Origin: Schmidtea polychroa
Taxonomy: Eukaryota
Assembly: GCA_044892525.1 (NCBI GenBank)
Contig: CM097885.1
Span: 10,108,001-10,172,000, forward strand
Direction: 5' to 3'
Length of the DNA: 64,000 nucleotides
In this document: piece after piece, positions 51,627-64,000 of the stretch
Layout: every line of letters starts with the position of its first letter
How positions within the stretch are numbered: position 1 is the first letter of the stretch
Translations under genes and position numbers: made by a program
Notes under the pieces: model-generated
What the model was told of the DNA's origin: nothing
What the model saw: only the letters and a program-made list of their open reading frames with translations
Databases searched by the model: none

Positions 51627-52366
51627 ATGTATTTTTAGTCGTATAAACCGCAGCGCGTATTAGCTGCACCATTTGCGTTGAAAACACATGATTTTAAAAT
51701 CAGCAACCTATCATTAAAAAACAAATTTCACCGTGACAATAACCATTTTGTTTTAATCGTTTACATTGTTTATTGCACTGTTTTGAATCCTTGATTAAAA
51801 TGGATAACGATTCTGAACAAAAACAAAAGAAACAACGAAGATCTTTTAGTTCAACAAAGAAAAAAGAAGTTATTAAATTAGCTCGTCAGTTAGGAAACAT
51901 ACGAGAGGTTGCAAGACGATATGATATTAATGAAACTGTTATTCGACGATGGATCACCCAAGAGTCTGTTATCAAAGCAATGAATCCAAATCGAAGATCT
52001 TTGCGTGGTGGTAACGCTAGATATCCGGAATTGGAAACGAAATTACACGAATGGATCCTAATTCAACGTGAACGAGAACTTCAAGTGTCGGTTGTTCGAA
52101 TTCGTTTACAGGCACAAAGAGATGAAAATTGAAGGATTTGAAACGAAATGAATGTGAACGAGTCTGATCCAAACATTGTAGAATTACTAGAAAATTTCAC
52201 TTTTATTGACAATGAAAAGTGTGATGGTTTTGAGGAGTGTGATGTTGAAAATTGAAATAAATAATCTTATCTTCGATTTGAATTGTTTTTTAGTTGTATA
52301 AGCTGCAATTCAGAAATGTTGCCTTAATGTACGTATTAGCTGCAGCTTATACTCGGGATTTTACAG
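51627..52366 (+). mobile_element. Internally deleted pogo element (Brinker-like and CENP-B HTH domains only)
   Basis: ORF 51773-52132: RRSFSSTKKKEVIK..VARRYDINETVIRRW..YPELETKLHEWI; right TIR GCAGCTTATACTCGGGATTTTACAG|TA. Confidence 0.8.
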
Positions 52367-52988
52367 TAATTATTAATAAATTAAAATGAAAAATGTTGCA
52401 CTTGTCTGTTAATAAAATAGCATAATGAAAGGAAGTTTGTAATATAAAACTTTAATTTTTCACATAGATATTTTTAGAACTTTATTTAAATTGCAAAGAT
52501 TTGATGACGCTTGAACCTGAAAAGTATGAAGTATGATACAACTAATCTAGCTTTTAAACGGTAAATTTTAATGTTTTATTAACTCTAAATTAAAACAATG
52601 ATTAAATTGGTGCTTGTAAAAATCTAAAATAGATTACAGCTGGATGCAACAAAATCTCGCAATTTCATTGGCTGATAGGACAGAAATTGATTTGTGTTGC
52701 TATTTTTAGAATAATCTCTATCAATCTCTATCTATTGATTGAGATGTAAAACAATTTTCAGACATTATGTTTCTTATGCGAATAACATTTTTGGATTAAT
52801 TTTTATCGATAATAATATTCATTTAATTGCAACCACTGTAGACATTTTGCAATCGATTTGACCATTGCACGTCTGTCTATTTTTCAGTGCTCGTTAAATA
52901 GAAAAAACAAATCAATTTCTAATTAACTGTTGAAAGATATCGAATTACCGATAATTCGTCCATTGTTTTTGGATTTATAAACTATGCA

Positions 52989-55900
52989 ATGACTTCGGAA
53001 AATGAGAACTCAATTCAGAGAAATGTCCAAAGATCAGTATCGGAAAGTGTTCACACTGAACAAAGTGATAACGAAGTTAGTAATTTTGTTTGAGATAATT
53101 ATTAGGTTTAGAAAGTAATCTTCATTTAAAAACATTTTTATAAGTTTATTTCAAATAATCTAAATAAAAGTTTCTATATAATTAATGAATGTCTCTGATG
53201 TTATATAAAATAGTATAAAAATCATTAAATATGTTAAAAAAAAAGATCCGGATCAAAATGAATGTCTGTAACGTTATTTAAAATAGTATCTAAATTATTA
53301 AGAATGTTTAGAAATAAATCTAAAACTTGCTGGGTTATTATTTTTCTGACTTCTCGTGTTCTTATTTAAACAAATGAATTGAAACCCAACACAGAATAAA
53401 TTTATTGAACTTCAATCAAAATAACAATTCGTCACTAGATTTGCACTTTTCTCTCTAAATAAATATCGCTCGCTAAGGTATACAACTAAAGGGGCAATCA
53501 CCTTTTCTGGTATGAGAATTAAACTTTACTTTCAATTACTGGATTTCGTCCTCCGATCGCTGATTGCCTTATTCGCCAAACTTCTCTCTTGTTTCTTGTC
53601 TGTTTTTGAGCTCCCTTTTTATACTTTTTCTGAATTAGGATTATTGCAAACAATTATCTCTCGGGAATCTTTGGTAAATATTTGTTGGATTTCAAATTAT
53701 TTTAATTTGTTTGTCCCAGATTGGCTCTTATCTACTCGATCGGGCTTTTTAATTAATTTGTTATTTCGTTAAAATTTTCCCTGTTGAATTTGGCGTTCAC
53801 CCATAATCGTTTTCCCGTTTGATATTGATTTTTAATTTTTGGTAAATTTTAATTAATTTTTTACTTTTAACCATATTTGTTATACCTTCCTTTGGTATAT
53901 ATTTTTTGGATTTTGTACTAACCGCAACAAACTGAAATATGTTTAGATTCTGATTTAGTGTATAAGTTTGCATACACCAAACACCAATGAGAACCGTTTC
54001 CTATAATATAACAAAAAAATCAATAATCTTACATTATAGAAACATACATACTTACTTTGATTTCACGTTGATGTTCTCATTTATGGCTCAGTGAGATACA
54101 TCTTATACTATAAAAATCTGAAAAGTGGAAGAAAAATTAAAAACTGCACACAAACGCAACACATATTAAAAAACACATACAAACTTTTGATTCGTAGAAA
54201 TGTAACGATGAGATACGTTTCTATAATAAACTTTATTTTAGACAATTTTTAGAAAAAAAAGATCGTTGAAAATTTTTTAAAATTATATTTTTAATGATAA
54301 TATCAAGAGCAGATGAATTTGGTTCAATATCTTTTTACTCCAGATTTGATTTCCTTAAAGAATCCCCTCATTGAGCTCAGAAAAAAAAATTACAAAAATT
54401 AAAAAAATTATTTTAATCTACGATTTTTCCCAAAATGTTTTAAAAAATTAAAATTAATTCATAATTATACTGTTGATTAAAAGTAATATTTAAGAACTTG
54501 AATGATGATCTCAGATCTCATATGGATCAGAATTCAAGTCTTAAAATTTACGTTAAATAAAAAAAATTACTTGAAAGCCATTTCCAAAATGGCTAAAATA
54601 AATTTCCAAATAAATTTCAATTTCATGATAAATGAATAAATGTGATGATGAGTAAATCGGTGAGAAATTGTTTTACACGCCAACCACCACTATAGAGAAC
54701 GTATCTCAGTGGTGTTTGGTGTACAATGAGCGCATTGCCACATAGATTGGAGGGGTTTGACGTCATCTCTGCACACGGGTTCTAGGGCATATCTGATTGA
54801 AAGGCATGAGTCATATTATTGAGCATATTAAAATGTGAAAAGGGCAACTGATATAGATTTAAAAAAAATGTTATATAAAATTTTTAAAAATAAGGGAAAG
54901 AATTTTATGGTAGGCATTGGTTATTAAATCACAATTCTTCACAATTAACATTCAATCAGCAATAAATTTATTGAGATTTTTAATTAACTCATTAAATCAT
55001 AACTATTATGTCATTATTGACATAGATTATGATGGCAGATTGAAATATATTTTTTATTTTAGCATTTGAGTGTTTTTATTTAAAATGGCCCATCATTCAA
55101 TATTTAGATATAAATTATTTTTTAAATGAAAATTTCCACATGTTTTATGTAACAATTTTGAATATAAAAACAGCTTTTTAGACGCGATTTGTGTTTTTTT
55201 ATACACTGTTAGGAAATTAAAATAACTAATAACTTTCTTTTTGTGAATTGACTTATGGAAAAAATTTTAATTATGAATATATTTTAATAAAAGTTATTTT
55301 AAATAGTAATTATGATATTAATTTTGAAAAATGTCTGGTTTAAATATCCAGCTGAACATTTTAACCAGACATTTTTCAAAATCAATATATATTTTTATAT
55401 AAATTTATAAATGTATGTAATTATATGTATCAACACCAGTGGTTCTTAATCTGGGGTCCATGGACCCCCAAGGGGTCCGCGAACGGGTTCCAAGTGGTCC
55501 GAGAGACTATTTACAAAAAACCTTTATTATTTTTGTTTGAAGCTGAATAAAAAAATTTATAAATAATTATTAAAAAATGTATGTGTTTTACTATCAATTT
55601 ATTAATTTTTTAACATTTCAGGGGTCCGTCGGTACCAATTATATATTTATGGGGTCCATAAGTTTGAAAAGGTTAAGAACCCCTGATCTACACAATCTTT
55701 TTTACTTTAGCATACAACTTACAGATGAAATAAAGTGAAAGATTTGGATATCAACAAAATACTCTATTTTAAAGTTATATTAAACAAATTATTTTCCTTA
55801 TTTAATTTTTGAAAAATATTTTTATTGTTTTGAAATTATTGTTTTGTGCTTTAATATTATTAAAATTATAGGTAGAAAATTTTTCATTAAAGTATTTCTA

Positions 55901-58900
55901 TTATTATCTGATTTTTATTCTTTATTATTATTGTTGGGTTTTATGATACCAAATATTAACCGTTGGTTACTCTGACTCCACGTGTTCCAAAAATTAATAA
56001 ACATAACTCCCAACGTATATTTATTTTACAGAAAATTTACAATTCTCACTAAATAACGACACTTAATTAACCACACTTTTCTTACAATTCTCGACCTTGA
56101 ACAATTTAAAAATAAGTTTCACCTTTTGTTTGATTCCGCTCTCTGATCCGAACTCTTTTAATAATCCTTTCTGACTCCTCAATTCCTCTTATTATTCTTT
56201 TTCTTCTTTTATTTTATTCCTCGAACTCCTATCGTCTGTTTCTTCTTCCTTACCTAAGGCTACCGCCGATTATGTGAATTTTGAATTTCCTTATATACTC
56301 TCATAATCGTTGTAATTGCCCTATTTTCGACCTAATTGGTTTTGACTTCTTTAGTTATCATTTCCTAATTAGTTATTTCTGTTAACCCTCTTTGTAATTC
56401 CCCTTCTTTTGTTTACCCTCCTTTATCCGGCTGTTTGGATAATTGCCCTCTGAATTCCTCGTTTGTTTATCCTTCCAAATTGCCATGCTCGGGTTTTCTT
56501 CATCGCTCGGGTTCTTCATTGGCTCGGGCTTCCCATTAGCTCGGGTTACCCATTAGCCAATTAATTAATTAATTAATATTTTGTGTTTTTCCATATTTTC
56601 CTGTTTAACGACCCTTTCTAAACATTTTCTAACAATTTCTTGCTCGCTGTCTTCTTCACCATCCCATAATCAACCCCTCTCCCGTTTTCCAACTTCAATT
56701 TCGATAACTTTTCACTTTATTCCACTTCCTCAGGTTTGCGCATTTTCCCATTTCGTGTCTGATTGTACCCTTTTATAGTTCTGTTTTTATCATATCTGGT
56801 TAACTATCGGTTCACGCGTCTGTGTGCGCTTGTTACTTTTTTTGGATGGATTTGTGTGCGCACACAGACGCGGAAAATTGTGGAATTATAATTTCGGTTT
56901 TTATCTTTTATTATTAATATTAAAATTATTTTTAAATTTTAAGTTATTTTTGAAATTATTTCTGGAATTATTTTTGGAATTATTTTTAAGATTATCATTA
57001 CCATTAAAATTACAATTATAATTATTTTCAAAGAATGATTTCAAGTTTTTATTGTGTTCATTTTCATAATCATCTTTTATTTTAAAATCATTTTTAATTA
57101 AAAAATATAAATCATTCTTTGAAAAAATATCATAAAAATAATTCTGATAATTAAAATCCTGTTGCAAAGATCTTCTCATCACATTGGACAAGGTAACTAG
57201 AGACTTTGCATGTTTATCCTCTTCGAACTCCTTCTCGTCCTCATGGTCCAGGATCATCCTATCATATATTGGTATGCACTGGAACTCAAGCTCCTGATAG
57301 TGCTGCAAGCTCGGTTTTGTAGTCTATCTTTTTGCCTGAAAACAAGTCAAAAAGATATCCAAATATGTAAAACTTATTCATTTCGGCCCCAGTACTGTGA
57401 ATGTTGTATTGCAGTAATTCAAATAAGCTCTCGGGACTTTTACTTGTTTATCCAAAATTTTCTTCACGTTCATTAGATCTATAAAATACTTTAGTTTTTA
57501 ATTGACACTTGCATAATTAAGTAATAATAAATTTCAATGTAAAGAATACGCTTGTTTTAATGAAGAATTTTTTTGAATATCGGGTTTGAAATTTGTCGTT
57601 CGATTTTATAATAATAAAATTCCCAATTGTGGATCGGTTATCTGCGTTCAAGTTTTTGATTTGACAGCTTTCATTCTAGAAAAAGTCTGAGTTTACTCTT
57701 TTTGCATATTTACTTCAATATTATTTATAGGTTTAAATAAATAGGATTTTGAAAAATTAAAAAATTTTAATTTTCTCCTACAATATCTTTAATAAAATTT
57801 TAGAAAAAATTTTGGTTCATGTATACTTATTCCCAGGGGGTGCTGGTAAATTCGTAACAACCGGCTCGCATTTTTTTTATTGCCAACAAACGGCTCGCGC
57901 GAGCCGGCTCCAGCACACCACTGCTGTTTCATAATATCCTGAATTTTCAAGTGTGCGTTAGATAAGGAATGTTCTTTAATTTTTTTGCGAAGAGAAGCCT
58001 GTCTACTATCTTTTTCAGTTCCATTTGGAGTTATGGAACACAAAATCCATTGCTTAGAAACATGTACTTTTTTTTCTGTCTCAGTTGCTAAACATTTAAT
58101 TTGCGAACAATCTTTACATCCTAATTTGCCATCTTTTATTATCAGCCATTTTTATTGTTCTGTAAATAAACTTACTTGCTTTTCATTCCAACAATCAGGC
58201 AATTGGGTATTAATATTGGTATTTGAAAATAAATCTTCCTCGATTTCTACAGGTACAACAGATGTTTCTTCAATATGTTCGTTAAAATCAGGTGTTATGA
58301 GATTTGAGTTTATTTGTGTAACTGCAGAATTGTTTAATCTGTTGCCAATTGTTTTTTCAGTCATTGTCGGCTGCGGAGCAAAAAACGACAATAAATTTCC
58401 CTGTTTTCTCTTCATTTTGGGTAAACAATTACTATAATTTACATAAAATTAATATTCCTACCTGCAGTTATACGACAGGTTTCAAATTGAAGGTAATTGA
58501 AGCAGCCGAACGTATCGGAAATAGAGGAGCATCTAGAGAATATGGACTCAGTGAAGCTAATGTAAGGCATTGGAGAAATAATAAAAATACTTTAAAAGAG
58601 TGCAGATCCTCTACAAAGGCCCCTGGCAGAGGGAGGAAATTATTTTTTCCTGACGTGGAGAAAAAATTGGTTGAATATGTTCATGAAAGGCGATTTTCAG
58701 GTTCCTCAATATCCACTGTAGAAGTTAGATTGAAGGCTTTAGAGTTAGTCAAGGAGATGTATCCTGGTTCAATATTTAAAGCCTCGGCGCGCTGGTGCCA
58801 GGTCTTCATGAAAAGGAATGATATTTCTATAAGAAGAAGGACTTCGATTGCACAGCGACTGCCGGATGATGTAGAAAATAAGCTGCTCGACTATCAGAAA

Positions 58901-61900
58901 TATATAATAAATTTAAGGAAAAGGCATGAATATCCAATTAGTTGCATAGCAAATGGGGATCAGACTCCACTAAGTTTTGATATACCTTCATTTCAGACAT
59001 TGGATTTCAAAGGAGTCAAGTCCGTACCTATTAAAACTACAGGCAACGAAAAGAATCGGTTTACAGTTATGTTGGGAGCTTATGGTGACGGCAAGAAGAT
59101 GCCGCCTTATGTAATTTTTAAAAGAAAATCTTTACCAAAGAACATTCATTGGCCAGCTGGTATGATTGTTAAAGCACAAGAAAATGGATGGATGAATGAG
59201 GAGTTGACTAAGGATTGGATTAAGACTATTTGGTGTAATGATAGAAAAGATGAATTTCGAAATTCAAGGAGGTTACTGGTATTAGACGCATTTAGATGCC
59301 ACCGTATGCCATGCGTAAAGGAAATTTTGGCAAAAAACAAAACAGATCTTGTGATTATTCCTGGAGGGATGACCGGGCAACTCCAAGTTATGGATGTAGT
59401 TTGCAATAGGCCATTTAAACAAGAGATGCGAAAGAGATGGAATGAGTGGTTTTTTTCTGGAGCTCCATCATTTACTGCTTCTGGAAACAGACGAAAGGTT
59501 GATTTAGAAACTATTTGCAAATGGATTCAATTATCATGGGATGCAGTTAGTGAGGCAATTATTATCAAAGGATTCAAGAAATGTTGTTTGAGTAATGCTA
59601 TGGATGGATCAGAAGACGATGTTATTTGGCAGGACGATATATCTGATGTAAGGAATGAGGATGATGATATGGAAAATGAATTAATCTTTGAAGAAGTGGA
59701 CGAGTCCATTGAGATTGAGAATTTGATAAAAAGTGAAGATGAAAATAATGATCTCTGTAATGAAAAAAACATTCTGTAACTAATAAAGAAATATTTTGTA
59801 TTAATTTATGCTTTATTTCCCTTGCCCATACCGGGTTTTCAGAAAATTTTCTGAGTAGGAAAAAATATTTCCTGTTATACCCATGTATAAGACGCACCAC
59901 GATTATCATCCCCAAAAGTGATGAAAAAAAAGCGTCTTATATTCGGATAATTACGGTAATTTGTTTTAATATATTTTAATAATAATTATTACTTACCTAT
60001 TAGGAATTGTAAATTTAGTTTTAATATTTTTATATTAAACTAGCTAGCTATTAATTTTATTTTATTAAACTAAAACGTGTACACATTAATACATTCCAGC
60101 CTAATATGAAAGACTATGTAAATTGTTATAGCAATACAAAACTATATATAACATAAATTCAAATATCAAAGCTTACTACCATCAAAATAAGTAATTAACG
60201 GTTAGTTTTAAATTTTTGTTTGGCAATTCAATTAATTTAACAACCAGCTCGGCGATTTTTTTTATTGCCAACAAACGGCTCGCGAGAGCCGGAGTGAGCC
60301 AGCTCCAGCACACCACTGCTTATTCCCCCTAGCGCAGTGTTTCTCAACCCAAAAAGCAGTACGGACCGTAAATAATCTCAATTTTTTTTCACGACCCGTA
60401 AATTCAGTTTGACTTTACAATCTAATAAAATTAATAATTTTAAAAAAAGTTAACAGATGAACAAAATATTTATTATAAAAGGATCAACAATAACGAAATC
60501 AAAACAATTAGAAAAATAATTTTATAAATTAATGTGATTGTTGTTGCTCTTTCTCTCGTACCAGTTTGTCTATTCTTGGTTTTAAAGAAGTGATAGCAAG
60601 TCGCAAAGCAGGGCCAGTAAATAACCTGTTTCTTTGCTTCGTTTTAATAATTGACATTGCTGAAAATGCTGATTCACACAAGTAAGTTGTAGAAAAGGGT
60701 AATAAAATGTGAATGGCAATTTTTCTGAGGGCTGGATATTCCTCCTTGACTTTTATCCAAAACTGTGTAATGCTCATTGAGTTAAACATTGATTTCAATC
60801 CCATATCTGATGATAACTCAATCAATTTTTCTGCTTCTGTGTTTGAAAGGTTGTTTTGTTGGTGATCAAGAAATGGATTGGATATCCACATGTTTCCAAA
60901 TCGAACATCGTCATTAGGTGGATAGTAGCTAGGGCCTAGCGGGAATAAGTATAAATGTGTAAATTAATATTATTAATAATATTAGAAATAATATTAATAA
61001 TTATATACAATTTTGTTACAGATGTCTAACATTAAAATAATATAAAATAATATAAACATTACAAGCTTGTAATGTTTATATTATTATATACAAATAACTA
61101 ATAAATCTATAGTAATTAATAAAACCAATGACAGCAAACGAAAGTTATATAATAAATTTATTTTCGAGGGATACTTCAGAAATAATTTCATTTTTTCAAA
61201 GTAAAGGAATTTTACGAAGTAGAATGAAATGTGAAGACTGCTCTACACAAATGATGATATGTATATGTAGAAAAGTAAGTGACGGTAAAGTTTGGAAATG
61301 CATGAATAAAAATTGTTTGAAATATAAATCTAGTTGCTCCACTAGATTTGGAAGTTTCTTTTTTGACTCGCGTCTATCATCGAGAACATTATTAGAACTT
61401 AGTTATAGATTATCTAATGAAGAAAGAATACAAGGAGTATGCAGAGAATTGTCAATTAGTAGAAAAAGTGTTGCATTTTCCCCCACGTTTATTTCCTTTA
61501 TTTCAGCGCTTGAAACTGCGTTGTGATCTCCAATCCCATGGCAACGCCCAACTTAACAATTTTATCAACAACATGCTGATCTTGAAAACCATCTTTCCAT
61601 ACATTTTTCCATGCAGAATTCATTTTTCGGGTGGTGACTTCGTTCCATGCCTTATCAATTAGCCTTAAACAATGGAGGATATAAAGTGATTTTTCAAAAA
61701 ATCACGCAATATAAGCTTGGTCTCTAACGTGACCTCAAAATATCTTGGAAACTGTGCTTCTGTAAACAGTTTCTTTAAGTTATAAATTACTTGTTGATCC
61801 ATGGGTTGAATCAGTGGAGTTGTATTTGAGGGTAGATATGTAATGCGAATATAATCGTAATCACCAGTTAAAGCGTCTTCTAAGCCAGGGGGATGAGTAG

Positions 61901-64000
61901 GAGCATTGTCCAAAGTTAATAAAACTTTCACAGGTAAATAAATACTTTCTAGATAAGCTTTAGTACTTGGGGCAACGACTTCATGAATCCACTCTAAAAA
62001 GAATTACCTAGTCATTCAAGCCTTACTATTTGATCGCCATATGACATTCAATTTACTTTTTATTATAGTTTGCTTTAAGACTCTCGGATTTTCAGAATTG
62101 TAAATGAGCAATGGCTTTATTTTGCTATCAACACTAGCATTGTCACAGAGCATAATGGTTAACATTTCTTTCATTTGCTTATAGGCCAGCAGTGAACTAT
62201 CCTCTTTTATAATGTAGGTGCGTCTTGGCATCTTTTTCCAAAATAACCCTGTTTCGTCATAATTGAAAACTAGCTGAGAGACATATTCCTCGGCATCTAC
62301 GAAGTTTTTAAAATCTATCACAAACTGTTTAGCTCCTTCTGCATTCGAACTAGCAGCCTCGCCATGTCTAACTACACTATGAATGCCTGTGCGCAATTTA
62401 AAATTGTGGAGGCTGCCACTATTTGCCTTGAAATCAGCATGATCAGCGCTAGTTGATGGTCTAGCCCTATCTTTGTGTAAATCTTGATAGAGTGACTTTG
62501 CTTTCTCGAAAATTATAGCTTCTGAAATACTTTCACCAGCCATTTGTTTTTATAATATAATATTATAATATTTTTATATATATATAAGACACAAACTTTT
62601 CCAATTTCACCACTGACTATTTCTTTCATTGAATTTATTAAAAAAAAGAGCTTGAAGACTAATAATCAGTAATATATCGATGTTTTTGATACTCACGAAT
62701 TTTCGGCACTGCCTTTTTTGGATACTATATCTTTCTTGCATTTTTTTACTCGAGTTTTCGAAGAACGTATCTATCGTATAAAAACAGAATTATATATTAT
62801 TTTATTAACCATTTTTGTTTTCAGAATTCCTGTTTGGAAAGAATTACAAGACGATCTGAAACACATGACCATAATCGTGAATTGGAAGAAATTGTCACAT
62901 GTTGTATACACCTAGGAATAATGGATGACCCAAGAAAGTTGCTTTGCCAGCACGCATTTTGCTATAATTGCTTGAAAGAATATTCAAAGATTTGTGAAGA
63001 TTTAATCTGTCCGATTTGTCGGGTCAAGGAAAAAATAAATGACATTGATAAACTGCCATCCGCACTAACAGAGAAACAACTGATCAGTGTCGTAATGAAA
63101 CACAGACTCACAAAATGTATTGAAGATCCTCAAATACACGGAGCATTGTCCGATGAGAGAAAAGAAGAGCTCGTTCAACATTTATTTAAAGAAATTAATT
63201 CAAACAATGGAGTATATAAAGTGAGTAAAAGTGACGAAGCAATCGTATCATCATCATCTCATAATACAAATCAAATAACAGCTTATTTGGAATCCAATCC
63301 AAACGCAAGTGTCGACGATTTGGCATACGACATGATGGATATTGAAACTATTCGGGAGAATATGTTGAAATATTCCCAGTATGAAATTGTCAAGCGTGAC
63401 CGGGTGCAAAAAATGTGCAAAAATATACATCAACTTCAAAGGGAAAGTTCTCAGTTCGAGTTTTCAATTTTCGACATACATATTTCAGAGACTCATCCGA
63501 AATCGAGTCATTTAGTTTTGGTAGACTCAAAAAGTCAGCAATTGTTAGTTTATTCTGACTCGAATATTCAAAAGTTTCAGATTGTGTTGAAAAATGATAT
63601 TATTAAGCCCGAATATATTCGCATTTTTCAAGGAAACTTGATTTTGACTGGAAAGTTGGGCATAAATGAAGAGATAGGATCTATATTTTTGCAATGTAGC
63701 ATGTGTGGGAAAATACTTCGACAGTCGGAACTTTACATTTGGCCAAATATCTCAGATCTCCCAATGATGATGGGTTTTGATATCAACGAAAAGGAAGAGA
63801 AATATTATTTATGCATGCCGAATGTTGGGAGCGTTCGAATTTACAGCACAAACTTTATTGAGTCTCACCAATATTATGAATTCGATGATAACCGACCCGA
63901 ATATATCGCTTTCAGTTCTTCTCAAAACCAACTGTGGATTTCGTGTCCACGCAATAGGCGAATTCTGATTTTGGATCTTGATACGGGGATTTTCCGGCTG
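52989..64000 (+). CDS. RING-finger + beta-propeller (NHL-like) paralog 2; tentative exon 52989-53075 and main exon 62825 to beyond the window end
   Basis: Frame open from 62825 to 64000: [36 protein letters not shown] ... [27 protein letters not shown], closely matching paralog 1 (PEFIAFSEKEKQLYVSCPLNRRILILN). The first exon MTSENE..DNE|gttagt is phase-compatible but less certain. Confidence 0.85.
53328..53929. mobile_element. Solo LTR with 4-bp TSD
   Basis: TGCTGGGTTA...TAACCGCAACA flanked by AACT on both sides. Confidence 0.75.
55437..55685. mobile_element. hAT/Charlie-like MITE
   Basis: TIRs CAGTGGTTCTTAA / TTAAGAACCCCTG, TSD ATCAACAC/ATCTACAC, internal GGGGTCC repeats. Confidence 0.85.
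55932..57480 (-). mobile_element. LTR retrotransposon remnant (gag-like fragment plus LTR)
   Basis: TGTTGGG terminus shared with other LTRs in the window, Asn-rich ORF 56901-57308, short ACCCGAGC repeats; no pol motifs. Confidence 0.4.
57834..60318 (-). mobile_element. Composite hAT element with three termini, an N-terminal transposase fragment and a nested pogo
   Basis: Perfect 8-bp TSD CTTATTCC (57826-57833, 60319-60326). The end GCTCCAGCACACCACTG occurs at both 57923 and 60318; minus [19 protein letters not shown]. Confidence 0.8.
58349..59779 (+). CDS. pogo-family DD35D transposase, uninterrupted from the Brinker-like domain onward (the first ~38 codons are flanking hAT sequence)
   Basis: [26 protein letters not shown] / LVLDAF / QVMD triad with 35 residues between the last two Asp; right TIR GCGTCTTATATTCGGATAATTACGG|TA ending at 59956. 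Confidence 0.92.
   Translation: MFFQSLSAAEQKTTINFPVFSSFWVNNYYNLHKINIPTCSYTTGFKLKVIEAAERIGNRGASREYGLSEANVRHWRNNKNTLKECRSSTKAPGRGRKLFFPDVEKKLVEYVHERRFSGSSISTVEVRLKALELVKEMYPGSIFKASARWCQVFMKRNDISIRRRTSIAQRLPDDVENKLLDYQKYIINLRKRHEYPISCIANGDQTPLSFDIPSFQTLDFKGVKSVPIKTTGNEKNRFTVMLGAYGDGKKMPPYVIFKRKSLPKNIHWPAGMIVKAQENGWMNEELTKDWIKTIWCNDRKDEFRNSRRLLVLDAFRCHRMPCVKEILAKNKTDLVIIPGGMTGQLQVMDVVCNRPFKQEMRKRWNEWFFSGAPSFTASGNRRKVDLETICKWIQLSWDAVSEAIIIKGFKKCCLSNAMDGSEDDVIWQDDISDVRNEDDDMENELIFEEVDESIEIENLIKSEDENNDLCNEKNIL
60335..60928 (-). mobile_element. hAT Buster/Charlie 3' fragment
   Basis: TIR CAGTGTTTCTCAACC; ORF 60529-60891 [41 protein letters not shown]. Confidence 0.88.
60933..61470 (+). mobile_element. 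Merlin/IS1595(ISXO2)-like transposase 5' fragment
   Basis: ORF from 61128: [36 protein letters not shown] (N-terminal zinc ribbon typical of Merlin); truncated by Tigger sequence. Confidence 0.7.
61470..62550 (-). mobile_element. Tigger (TIGD1-like) transposase remnant
   Basis: [66 protein letters not shown]; stops and frameshifts present. Confidence 0.9.

Overview
Very AT-rich, intron-containing animal DNA. The TRAF copy with ~50-nt introns and the repeat spectrum suggest a planarian flatworm, but this is inference. Host genes: part of a divergent PIG-W/GWT1 gene (minus, 2.5-5.3 kb), two paralogous RING + beta-propeller (NHL-like) genes (24.9-30.9 kb and 53.0 kb to the window end; the second is missing from the ORF track), and a TRAF pseudogene. 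Most of the rest is nested, decayed mobile DNA: Ty3/gypsy elements and solo LTRs, an R2-clade non-LTR element, Penelope remnants, a Polinton/Maverick remnant, hAT, pogo/Tigger, Merlin, Helitron and MITEs. Best leads: (1) a ~1.46-kb ORF-less, densely base-paired minus-strand RNA-like region directly downstream of an R2-clade element that is not in 28S rDNA; (2) a host NHERF-type PDZ domain in frame inside a gypsy derivative, where PR/RT/RNase H would normally be; (3) a TBP-like gene head-to-head with a Polinton packaging ATPase; (4) two minimal hammerhead ribozyme motifs, one with the U3-A8 core variant, at the facing tails of two Penelope remnants. All calls come from manual reading and translation; no searches or folding programs were run.
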